Positions 27,474 through 36,281 of a stretch of 64,000 nucleotides of DNA are shown here, piece after piece. The translations under genes and the position numbers were made by a program. The notes under the pieces are model-generated. The model was not told the origin of the DNA, did not search any database, and saw nothing but the letters and a program-made list of their open reading frames with translations. Source of the stretch: Bacteroidetes bacterium GWF2_33_38 (GTDB taxonomy: Bacteria > Bacteroidota > Bacteroidia > Bacteroidales > GWF2-33-38); NCBI GenBank assembly GCA_001769505.1, contig MEOF01000046.1, positions 2,197 to 66,196 on the forward strand, read 5' to 3'. The first letter of the stretch is position 1, and the number at the start of each line of letters is the position of its first letter.

Positions 27474-30400
27474 TTATTCTTTTGTAAACTTTCTAACACC
27501 AATTCCTAGATCATTTTTAATTTTAATAAGATAAATTCCTTTTGCAAAATTCTCAGTATTTATTATAGTTTTAGTTGAATTAAAATTAATATATTGAATA
27601 ATTTGACCATCAATATTTGAAATTTCGGCTGTTGTATTTTTGTACATTTCGGTTTCAATTATTAATTCATTTTTTACAGGATTTGGATACATTGTGATTA
27701 GTTTTTTATTGTTCCAAGTTATTTCAAAAATATCGGAAGGTTTTACATACAGAGAATCTGATTTTACAATACATCCGTTTATATCGGTAATTTCGACTTG
27801 ATAAAAACCTACAGTTGTAGCATAATGATTAATACTGATTGAGTTAGCTATAATATTATCATTCAAATACCATTGATAGCTGTTAGCTGTAACATTACAG
27901 TTGAGAAGATTTCCTGATGCTGTAATAGAAGGTGCATCGGGTGGGGGATTTCCAGTAACTGCAATTATTTGAGGAGCAGATGAACCAATTGCATTATTTG
28001 CAGTTACACTTATGTTTCCACTAGTTGAGTCGGCAATTACTGTAATTGATGTATCAGTAGAACTACCTAACCATCCTGATGGTAGAGTCCAGGTGTAATT
28101 ATCGGCACCGTTAATAGGATTTATGCTATAAATATTTTCACTGTCAACACACACGTTTACATTACCTATAATAGAGCTTGGCGTTGCTGGTGGTAATTGT
28201 ACTAAAATTGCTTCAGAGATTGAAGTACAGCCATTTAAATCTGTAATCTCAACTTGATAGTTTCCATATTCCGTTGCTATATAAGTTATACTATTGGCTT
28301 CACTAATGATTGTTCCATTATAATGCCATTGGTATTCTGTTGCACTAACAGAGCATGTAAGTAGACTTCCATTTTGCGTAAAAGAGGGAGTTTCAGGAGA
28401 ATTAAATACTGTTATAGAAAATGTTGCAGCGGGCGATGTCCCATAACTATTATTAGCCGTAACAGAAATAACTCCCGAAAATTCATTTGGAGTTACTAAA
28501 ATTGATGTTCCATTCGAACTTCCTGACCATCCTGCGGGCAATGTCCATGAGTAATCGCTTGCGTACAAAACTGAGGATATGCTGTATTCGTTAACACTGC
28601 CTATGCAAATTCCAGAATTCCCGTTAATAACGCTTGGGGCAGATGGAGGTGTATGTGGAACTGTACATGTAACAATATCTTTTCGTAAGCTAGAAGGCAC
28701 TACTGTGCTATCTCCAAGTTCGCCGTAAAAATTTGCACCCCAAACTGTAATAATTCCATCATTTTTCAAAAGCAGATTATGCCGGTTAGCAACCATTTGA
28801 ACAAATCCGCCTGATATCGAGCCCACCACTTCGGGTATATCGTGTTGAATAGATGTTCCATCACCAAGTTGATAATAGGTATTGTCTCCCCATGCTATAA
28901 GTGAACCGTCTGCTGACATTGCTAAAGTATGGTTTGCTCCGCATGCAATATTCGTAATATTGTTGAGTCCAGGCACAGTTTTAGGAATGTTATTATTATC
29001 CATAGTGCCGCTACTACCGTAGCCTAATTGCCCGTTGTAATTTAGCCCCCATGTTTTGACTGTTCCATTTTTTTGTAGTACAATAGCATGTGCCCAACCA
29101 GATTCAATAGCTATAACATCGCTAAGTAAAAAATTATGGCGAGGTATATTACTATTTGAATTTGACCAAGTTCCCATTTGACCATAACTATTATTACCCC
29201 AAGACCAGACTGTTCCATTCTCTTTCAAAGCATAGGAACATTCCCCACCAGCAACAATATCGACCACGCATGAAATTCCTTGAGCCTGAACAGGTATTAA
29301 GCTGTTATTATTCGTTCCGTCGCCAAGTTGACCATCGTAATTGTAGCCCCACGTCCAAACTGTTCCATCGCTTTTTAATGCCATTGAATGAAGACTGCCA
29401 CAGGCAATATCAATCACATCTGTCAAACCTAATACCTGAGATGGAGTTGGATTACAAAAGCAGCCAGAGGTATCAACTGTTCCAATTCCAAGTTGACCGT
29501 ATAGATTAAATCCCCAAGTCCAAACTGTTCCGTCGTTTTTCAAAGCTAAAACGTGATTGTTTTTTGTAGCAATCGATACAATGTTTGATAAGTTAGGAAC
29601 TTGTACCTGCTCAAGGCTATAATAATTTGATGTGTCTCCAAGAATACCATGATCGTTGAGTCCCCATGCACTAACAGTACTATCTGAACAAATAGCTACC
29701 GAAAACATATCTCCAGCATCTAATTTTTGAAGGGAGCCTTCTGCCGTTGTTTCAGACTGATCAATCTTCCAAATGACACTATTTTCGTTGTCAGTAATGT
29801 AAATGACGCCATTATTATTAACAAAAACGTCTTCTATACTGGTAAATGGAGCTGATACTGAAGCACAATTTTGACTTAAATAAATATTTTCCTCCCTCCC
29901 TGCAATCGTTGATATTATTCCAGTAATTGCATCTACTTTTCTAAGAGCATAATTTGCATTGTCAGATATGTATAGATTATTTTCATCGTCAATGAAAGAG
30001 TGAATGGGTTTATTAAGTTGAGCATTTATTGCAGAGTCACCATCGCCAGAATATCCATCGGTGCCATTACCCGCATAAGTGGAAATTATACCTGTTGTGA
30101 TGTTTACTTTGCGAATACAAGAGTTATAAAAGTCAGTAATATAAAAATTGTTTTCAGAATCTGTTACTACACCAGTTGGAGAATTAAGTTGAGCTTCAAT
30201 AGCAATACCTCCATCTCCTGAGTAACCAGATACTCCGGTTCCTGCAACAGTAGTAATAATTCCACTAGTATCTACTTTTCTTATTCGATCGTGAAATCTG
30301 TCCACAATATATAGATTTCCATAAGTATCGTAAGACAAACCTGATGGATAATATAAACCAGCCTCAGTTGCAAGCCCACCATCGCCAAAGAAAAAAGGAG

Positions 30401-30833
30401 AACCTGTTCCTGCAATTGTGGTTACAATTCCTGTTGACATATTAATTTTCCGAACTCTATTATTTACAAGATCTGAAAAAATTAAATTTCCTTCAGGATC
30501 AAAACAAATATCGTAAGCAGTACTAAATTGAGCATCTAAAGCAGGTATGCTATCTCCGTTATATGCCCAAGCACTATTTCCTGCAAAAGTTGTAATAATA
30601 CCTGTTATTGCATCGACCTTTCTAATTCTTGTTCGATCACCAATGTAAACATTTCCGTACGAGTCTTCCCATACACCATCGGGATATTGCATTTGGGCTT
30701 CGGTAGCTAGTCCACCATCACCTGAGTATCCTTGTGTTCCATTTCCTGCAAATAGGGTTATGATCTGTGCATTTATATTATTCCAACTGTTAAATATTAA
30801 CAGAAAAATCAATAAAGAAAAATGTGTTTTCAT
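27474..30833 (-). CDS. Secreted NHL-repeat + RCC1-repeat protein with two Ig/PKD-like modules and a T9SS type-A C-terminal domain
   Basis: I place the start at ATG 30833 (MKTHFSLLIFLLIF...AQ). NHL-like units (YSGDGG.A.EAQL..P.GV) occur about 6 times. RCC1-like units (N.YGQLG.GT) occur about 7 times. The C-terminal domain reads MYPNPVKNELIIE...GIYLIKIKND. Confidence 0.85.
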   Translation of the reverse strand: MKTHFSLLIFLLIFNSWNNINAQIITLFAGNGTQGYSGDGGLATEAQMQYPDGVWEDSYGNVYIGDRTRIRKVDAITGIITTFAGNSAWAYNGDSIPALDAQFSTAYDICFDPEGNLIFSDLVNNRVRKINMSTGIVTTIAGTGSPFFFGDGGLATEAGLYYPSGLSYDTYGNLYIVDRFHDRIRKVDTSGIITTVAGTGVSGYSGDGGIAIEAQLNSPTGVVTDSENNFYITDFYNSCIRKVNITTGIISTYAGNGTDGYSGDGDSAINAQLNKPIHSFIDDENNLYISDNANYALRKVDAITGIISTIAGREENIYLSQNCASVSAPFTSIEDVFVNNNGVIYITDNENSVIWKIDQSETTAEGSLQKLDAGDMFSVAICSDSTVSAWGLNDHGILGDTSNYYSLEQVQVPNLSNIVSIATKNNHVLALKNDGTVWTWGFNLYGQLGIGTVDTSGCFCNPTPSQVLGLTDVIDIACGSLHSMALKSDGTVWTWGYNYDGQLGDGTNNNSLIPVQAQGISCVVDIVAGGECSYALKENGTVWSWGNNSYGQMGTWSNSNSNIPRHNFLLSDVIAIESGWAHAIVLQKNGTVKTWGLNYNGQLGYGSSGTMDNNNIPKTVPGLNNITNIACGANHTLAMSADGSLIAWGDNTYYQLGDGTSIQHDIPEVVGSISGGFVQMVANRHNLLLKNDGIITVWGANFYGELGDSTVVPSSLRKDIVTCTVPHTPPSAPSVINGNSGICIGSVNEYSISSVLYASDYSWTLPAGWSGSSNGTSILVTPNEFSGVISVTANNSYGTSPAATFSITVFNSPETPSFTQNGSLLTCSVSATEYQWHYNGTIISEANSITYIATEYGNYQVEITDLNGCTSISEAILVQLPPATPSSIIGNVNVCVDSENIYSINPINGADNYTWTLPSGWLGSSTDTSITVIADSTSGNISVTANNAIGSSAPQIIAVTGNPPPDAPSITASGNLLNCNVTANSYQWYLNDNIIANSISINHYATTVGFYQVEITDINGCIVKSDSLYVKPSDIFEITWNNKKLITMYPNPVKNELIIETEMYKNTTAEISNIDGQIIQYINFNSTKTIINTENFAKGIYLIKIKNDLGIGVRKFTKE
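27735..28649 (-). repeat. Two tandem modules of about 150 aa within the NHL/RCC1 protein (diverged at DNA level)
   Basis: Module 1 is ...ASDYSWTLPAGWSGSS...ISVTANNSYGTS...YQWHYNG...YQVEITDLNGC. Module 2 is ...ADNYTWTLPSGWLGSS...ISVTANNAIGSS...YQWYLND...YQVEITDINGC. Confidence 0.8.
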
Positions 30834-30890
30834 ATTTTGGTATTTAAAAATTCCGAGAAATAATATTATATGCACATAATATTATTTCTC

Positions 30891-31817
30891 CTACAAATTA
30901 TAAGCAGGGCAGTGGACACCACGTTTTCCGAAACTATCTTTTTTACTCTTATTTCTACATATTTTATATCCAAGAAAAATTTCGTGCGAGCCTTTATTAT
31001 ATTTAAAAAGTCTTGAAGTTATAAGGTCATAGTTATATGCTATCAATAATTTTCCTGTATTTATACCCAATAACAAAATAATACCATCGTGATTGCGGTA
31101 CGATGCTCCTAAAATAAATTTATTTTGAAAAATGACTTTAAGATTCAAATCAAAACTAATTGTTGTATTTTCCATTCCTTTCAGAAGTATAGATGGCTCA
31201 AGTGTAACTTGCCTATTTTGTGCAATAACATATCCTGCCGTTAAAAAGTAATGTCTTTCTAAAAAGGAAATTGAGGTTTTGTATAATGTACTACTTAATA
31301 ATTGTTGAATGCCGATTCCGTAATTCATTGTTTTGTTTTTGTAATATGCTCCGAATGCAACGTCTGGTTGAATGGCACTTACTAAACCGTAAGTTAATCC
31401 AGGGTCGTCGGGTATATTTGTAACAAACGAAGATTCATTAAAGACGTATTGCATTACTTTTACCGAAATTCCTAACGATAGTGATTCGTTTTTCGTTTTT
31501 TTGACCATATATGAGTACGCTAACTCTGAGCCAAGCATACTTTCCGCACCTGCAACATCATTGAATATAATTAATCCTAAACCACTTTTTTTTCCAAGTG
31601 CTGAATGTATAAAAAACGATTGTGTAAAAGGAGAGTCTGCAAAACCAAGCCATTGTTTTCGGACATCAAGTCCAATCTGTATACAATTATCAGTTCCTGC
31701 AATAGCTGGATTTAGGACAAAGCCGTTGTGCATATACTGACTATAATGCGGCATCTGTTGTCCGTAAGATAAAAAATACGAGATTAGAATTAATAATATG
31801 GTAATTACGTATTTCAT
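30891..31817 (-). CDS. PorP/SprF-family type IX secretion system membrane protein
   Basis: The N-terminus GQQMPHYSQYMHNGFVLNPAIAGT is the PorP/SprF signature. Its start overlaps the stop of the upstream type-B-CTD gene by ATGA. Confidence 0.85.
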   Translation of the reverse strand: MKYVITILLILISYFLSYGQQMPHYSQYMHNGFVLNPAIAGTDNCIQIGLDVRKQWLGFADSPFTQSFFIHSALGKKSGLGLIIFNDVAGAESMLGSELAYSYMVKKTKNESLSLGISVKVMQYVFNESSFVTNIPDDPGLTYGLVSAIQPDVAFGAYYKNKTMNYGIGIQQLLSSTLYKTSISFLERHYFLTAGYVIAQNRQVTLEPSILLKGMENTTISFDLNLKVIFQNKFILGASYRNHDGIILLLGINTGKLLIAYNYDLITSRLFKYNKGSHEIFLGYKICRNKSKKDSFGKRGVHCPAYNL

Positions 31818-33895
31818 TTTGGTCCAACTATATTTATAATACCATTAAAATCATTTTCATCGCGTATTCGAATTACATAATAATACGAAGCTGTAGGTAA
31901 GACCGAACCGTTATACTTTCCATCCCAAGGAGTATAATAGCCTTCAGAATGAAATAATCTAGTTCCATAGCGATTGTAAACAAATACTTTTACATTTTCC
32001 TCGTCTTCAATTCCATCAATAATCCAAGTGTCGTTAATTTCATCTCCATTTGGCGTAAAAGTATTAGGAATGTTTACATTCAGAGGCTTGACTGTATCGG
32101 GAATTTCTAAGAATAATATTTGAACTTGGTCATTTGATGTACAACCATCAAGCTCTTGGGTAAAAATAAAATTATATAGACCGTATTGGTTTATAGTTGC
32201 AGTTGTTCCAGAACTATCAGCATTAGAAAAATTTACATAACCAGGACCTTCAACTGTCCATGTGTAACTTGTAACGCTGTCTATAGGGGTTGCTTGTAAA
32301 TGATAGCTATTTCCATAAACTGTACTGTTTTGTCCTGCTTCAGGTGCCGGTAAATCGCAGCAGTCGGGATGATTGTCTTCTAAAACAGTAATAGATATTG
32401 TTGTATCGTAAGTACAGCCATAATTGTCAGTTGCTGAAAATGTATAATAATGTGTGCCGTAATCGTCAGGCGTAATGGTTATTGAGGCATCTCCTTGCTC
32501 ACTAACTCCGTCTCCAACCCAACTCATATCGCTTACTTGGAATGTTGGCGTAAAGTTCCACAATGGAGGGTATATCTCTGTTGCAAAATTAATTCCCCAT
32601 GAAAAGATAAAGCCATCATCTTCTTGCCAATTATCGGTTATATTAATTGTCCATAATCCATTCAATGGGCATCCTAATAAGTCTTCTAGAGTTTGGAATG
32701 ATGCATAACTACCGGGAGGTAAAGTTGAATGACTGAGAGCCTCTACCGACATGACTCCATAACTGGGCGAAGGAGACCAACAGTAAGCATAGCCTACTCC
32801 TGGCATTTCAGGATCTGCAATATCAACGGGTTCTCCAAGGTTTGTTCCGCCTCCGCCTTGATCTTCTAAAACTACTTGTGTGCCATTTGGACATACTATT
32901 GATATTACCAAATCTTCAAGATATGAATGCTCCATGTTTGCACAAATACCTTCAAGATCGTTTATATCATCTAGTGTTTGTCCTGCATCGAAAACATCGA
33001 ACACAATTGATGTAGAATACGATTCTCCACCTCCATCAGGCAAATAGGTTTCTCCAGCGACTGTAGTTACTGCTTCGTAAGTCCATTTTGTTGGGTTAAC
33101 AATGCCATTGAGATCTACAGTTTCTCCATAGCATGATGTACTATTACTAGCACTTGTTCCAACGAAATCGGGCTTAGTTGAAACTCTAACTCTATTTCCG
33201 AGATAATTTGAATTTACACATCCATATTGATCTGTAATGATAAGATTTATTCCATATCCACCAGGCTCATTGAATGTATGATTAACCGTTTCGCCTGATG
33301 ATGCTGTTCCATCTCCAAAATTCCACAAAAATGTTGAAGTGGAATTTTCTTGATGATAAAGCGTGTCGTTTACATAATAATCACCTGATCCATTGAATGT
33401 AACTGATTCACCTTTGCATATATTTATATACTCTTGATTAGCCGACGGTGTTGAACTTAAAAGTTCTGAATAAAATGGTTGACAAGAAAAATTGCACGAA
33501 ATACCTCCATTCCAGCTAGCAGCTCCATCGGCAGAAGTTAACACAAATGTTAAGCATCCTGAAAGATTTGCTGCTGTTGAAGTAAATGCTTTTGTTGGCC
33601 CCCAGTTTGTATTGTCGTAACATCCAATAAGTTGATAAGTTGAATTTGGTCCATCGTAAACACAAAGAAGGTTACTCCCACTTACATCCCATTCAGAAAA
33701 TAGAATGCTAATATGTGAATCTCCTGATTCATCTGCACAAATTGTCATCTCGTAAGTTTGTCCACTTAAAACATTTCCTGCAATAAAGGTATTATTACAA
33801 GTAGAAACATTGCCGCCTGTAGTTATGCTAACTTGACCTTTTACAAAAAATGATAAAAATACTAGCAGATATAAAATAAACAGTTTTTGCATCAA
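31814..33895 (-). CDS. Secreted multidomain protein with a T9SS type-B (gliding-motility CHU_C) C-terminal domain, a PKD domain and a proprotein-convertase P-domain-like region
   Basis: The C-terminus reads IPNTFTPNGDEINDTWIIDGIE...YNRYGTRLF...WDGKYNG...YYYVI. It also contains WNFGDGTASSGETVNHTF and HSYLEDLVISIVCPNGTQVVL. Confidence 0.85.
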   Translation of the reverse strand: MMQKLFILYLLVFLSFFVKGQVSITTGGNVSTCNNTFIAGNVLSGQTYEMTICADESGDSHISILFSEWDVSGSNLLCVYDGPNSTYQLIGCYDNTNWGPTKAFTSTAANLSGCLTFVLTSADGAASWNGGISCNFSCQPFYSELLSSTPSANQEYINICKGESVTFNGSGDYYVNDTLYHQENSTSTFLWNFGDGTASSGETVNHTFNEPGGYGINLIITDQYGCVNSNYLGNRVRVSTKPDFVGTSASNSTSCYGETVDLNGIVNPTKWTYEAVTTVAGETYLPDGGGESYSTSIVFDVFDAGQTLDDINDLEGICANMEHSYLEDLVISIVCPNGTQVVLEDQGGGGTNLGEPVDIADPEMPGVGYAYCWSPSPSYGVMSVEALSHSTLPPGSYASFQTLEDLLGCPLNGLWTINITDNWQEDDGFIFSWGINFATEIYPPLWNFTPTFQVSDMSWVGDGVSEQGDASITITPDDYGTHYYTFSATDNYGCTYDTTISITVLEDNHPDCCDLPAPEAGQNSTVYGNSYHLQATPIDSVTSYTWTVEGPGYVNFSNADSSGTTATINQYGLYNFIFTQELDGCTSNDQVQILFLEIPDTVKPLNVNIPNTFTPNGDEINDTWIIDGIEDEENVKVFVYNRYGTRLFHSEGYYTPWDGKYNGSVLPTASYYYVIRIRDENDFNGIINIVGPK

Positions 33896-34071
33896 ATATA
33901 GATTACTGAGAACTAAATTTCTATTAATTTAAATAATTAAAGATAAATATTTTATTCAAAAATAAGCATAATACGATTTATATAAAAACTAAAAGGTAGT
34001 AATTGTGTTAAATAATTAATTGCTTTTAACATTGCAAATTAAACGAGACAATTCTCTTTTAAGCTTACAAG

Positions 34072-34101
34072 CTCTATAACTTCATCACTCTATAACTTCA
34101 T
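34072..34101. repeat. Tandem 16-bp-period repeat (ctctataacttcat twice) just 3' of a minus-strand stop codon
   Basis: The two exact copies are at 34072-34085 and 34088-34101. The stop codon is at 34113-34115. Confidence 0.7.
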
Positions 34102-34112
34102 TCCCCCCTCAA

Positions 34113-35153
34113 CTATTCAAGTTGTTTTTCGAGTTTTTGCTGATCATAAATTCTATCTTTCAAATTATTAATGTAGTCACGAGCATTTTTTAAATGGAAA
34201 TCGCTGTATGCTTTTGTTGCCCACTCCAAAGCAGTTTCTAAATTTCCTTGAATTTCATTAACTAGAGCCATATTGTAACATGCACGACCAGCAATTTTCA
34301 TGTCAGCATCAGCAACATGGCGTTGACAAATTTCGGCAAATCTGTCCCATTCTTTGGCACGAGCCTTATATTTTGCATCTTTAAAATCGTCGTGTCCACG
34401 AGAATAGTACGAGCGAGGCACCCAAACCCAAACCGGAGAAATTCTGTATCCATATTGCTGACCGGCATAATATCCTGCATCGCTTATACAAGCTCGTTTT
34501 GCCGGCAAGTTTTTAAATGCATTGTCTTTATTCTCTCCAACTCCTTTCCAGCCTTGTCCGTCGATAAATTTATTTTGATCGATTATTTCTTTTTTGGCAG
34601 GGTCGTATATTCTCCATCCGGCTTCAATATCAATGTCCATTAAAGCCATATGTTCAATATATTTTATCGTCTGATTGTTAACTGTTTTCGTTTTTTCTTG
34701 AGATTCATAACGCAAGCCTGAATTTGAATCAAAAGTTTCTAAAGCAACTAAGGCATCGGCTCCGTTTTCTTTGCATATTTCAGCAACTGTTTTCCATTCA
34801 AGTGGTTCTGGAAAAACAGAAGTTCCGGTTCCTCGTAAGTCAAGATTTTGAGGGACAACAATTTCATAACGAGGCGAATTAACTATTACATTTGCCATGC
34901 CATCGAGACACTTGTATGAGGCTTCGCGGTCAACTTGAATTCCTTCACCAGTCAACACTCCTTCAACAATATTATTCACTCGGGCTTCTTTTGCAGGAAG
35001 ACTTCGATTGATAACTACAATTTTTTTCAAGTTCGATGGAACCGTAATTTCAGCAGGAACTAAAATCTGAACCGAAAGCGATGATGTTCCGCAACTGCCA
35101 ACAATAAGGCTAATTGCAATCAGCACTATGGTTAAAATTGATGTGTGTTTCAT
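34113..35153 (-). CDS. Putative lipoprotein, unknown function
   Basis: I place the start at ATG 35153 (MKHTSILTIVLIAISLIVGSCGT, lipobox-like). The track ORF begins at an upstream TTG. Confidence 0.7.
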   Translation of the reverse strand: MKHTSILTIVLIAISLIVGSCGTSSLSVQILVPAEITVPSNLKKIVVINRSLPAKEARVNNIVEGVLTGEGIQVDREASYKCLDGMANVIVNSPRYEIVVPQNLDLRGTGTSVFPEPLEWKTVAEICKENGADALVALETFDSNSGLRYESQEKTKTVNNQTIKYIEHMALMDIDIEAGWRIYDPAKKEIIDQNKFIDGQGWKGVGENKDNAFKNLPAKRACISDAGYYAGQQYGYRISPVWVWVPRSYYSRGHDDFKDAKYKARAKEWDRFAEICQRHVADADMKIAGRACYNMALVNEIQGNLETALEWATKAYSDFHLKNARDYINNLKDRIYDQQKLEKQLE

Positions 35154-35261
35154 AATTAAATCTTTACAATTTTTAAATTTTTCTAACAATGTCAAAACGA
35201 CTTTGATTTTTATATTTTAAAATGAGACTCTGTAATATTTGTAATGGGAAAGATTCTGTAG

Positions 35262-36245
35262 TCATTTTTTCTTTTTTTGATTTTCATTTTTAGCTTTTAC
35301 ACGAAGTTTTTTTAAAATTTCTTTATCGTCTGTTATAAGTTTTTGAAGTCTTTGAACAAAATCTTCGGTGTATTTATGAATGCTAGTCTTCTTTCCTGAT
35401 TTGATTTCTGTATGATATTTATTGTTCCCTTTTATCTTGTATTCTTTCAAAATTAATTGAAGGTCATATTGATTTATTTTACATTTTTGTTGGACTTCCT
35501 CTGCTCTGAATGGATAAACTTTGTCTGTCTGTGGAAATGCTTCAGTATCTATAATACCTGATATTTCTCCTACTATTCTTAGCGTTGGAGCACCGCCCTT
35601 TTCTACAAATTGACCTTCTTTTATAAATTTAATCTTGTCAAGGAGCTCTTTGTCAAGTAGAATTTTGCCTTTGTCTGTGTGGAGTTCCCCTTTGTATGTG
35701 TCAACAAGATGAATGTTTTGAGGTCCAACTGTTCCAATTTTTTCAATATGCTTCATCCAAAGAACTTTCTCTTTATCCCTTTCGTTTTGAAGTATGTCAA
35801 AAAGTTCGGCGAAGTTTATTTCTTTAGTTTCTCCTCTATACCTATAATAGATTGCAGCTTCTTTTAGAACTTTGTCTCCATTTTTTTTACAAATAATAGG
35901 CTTTCTTTTAGCTTCCATTACACGTAATCGACCAAATAAATTTTCCTTGAACTCTAATGTGTCCATTTCCCATTCAATTTCGTGTGAGAAATACTCCATT
36001 AAGGTCTGATTAATTTTAGCAGGGTCGCAAGTCGTAAACTTTTCATTTGTCATACCTACTAGGTAACGTGGTTTATCTTGAATGCCAAAGATTATTTGTC
36101 CGCCCTTATTATTGGCCATTCCAACCAAAGACCTGCAATATTCTAACAACTGATTGCCTAAATGAAAGTTCGCTTTAAACTCAAGGTCAAACGATTCTCG
36201 TCTTTTTAAATGCCCTTTGCTATTTATGTCAAACGTAAAATTCAT
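35262..36245 (-). CDS. Schlafen/AlbA_2-domain protein (putative nucleic-acid-binding), 327 aa
   Basis: The N-terminal region has ESFDLEFK and LVGMANNKGGQIIFGIQD, matching my recollection of AlbA_2 conserved motifs (E..EFK and AfaN..GG.l.iGv). The C-terminal half is unassigned and ends in a Lys-rich tail. Confidence 0.55.
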   Translation of the reverse strand: MNFTFDINSKGHLKRRESFDLEFKANFHLGNQLLEYCRSLVGMANNKGGQIIFGIQDKPRYLVGMTNEKFTTCDPAKINQTLMEYFSHEIEWEMDTLEFKENLFGRLRVMEAKRKPIICKKNGDKVLKEAAIYYRYRGETKEINFAELFDILQNERDKEKVLWMKHIEKIGTVGPQNIHLVDTYKGELHTDKGKILLDKELLDKIKFIKEGQFVEKGGAPTLRIVGEISGIIDTEAFPQTDKVYPFRAEEVQQKCKINQYDLQLILKEYKIKGNNKYHTEIKSGKKTSIHKYTEDFVQRLQKLITDDKEILKKLRVKAKNENQKKKK

Positions 36246-36281
36246 TTTCTACTGTGTCGTTTTATAATTACAGTTAACTCA

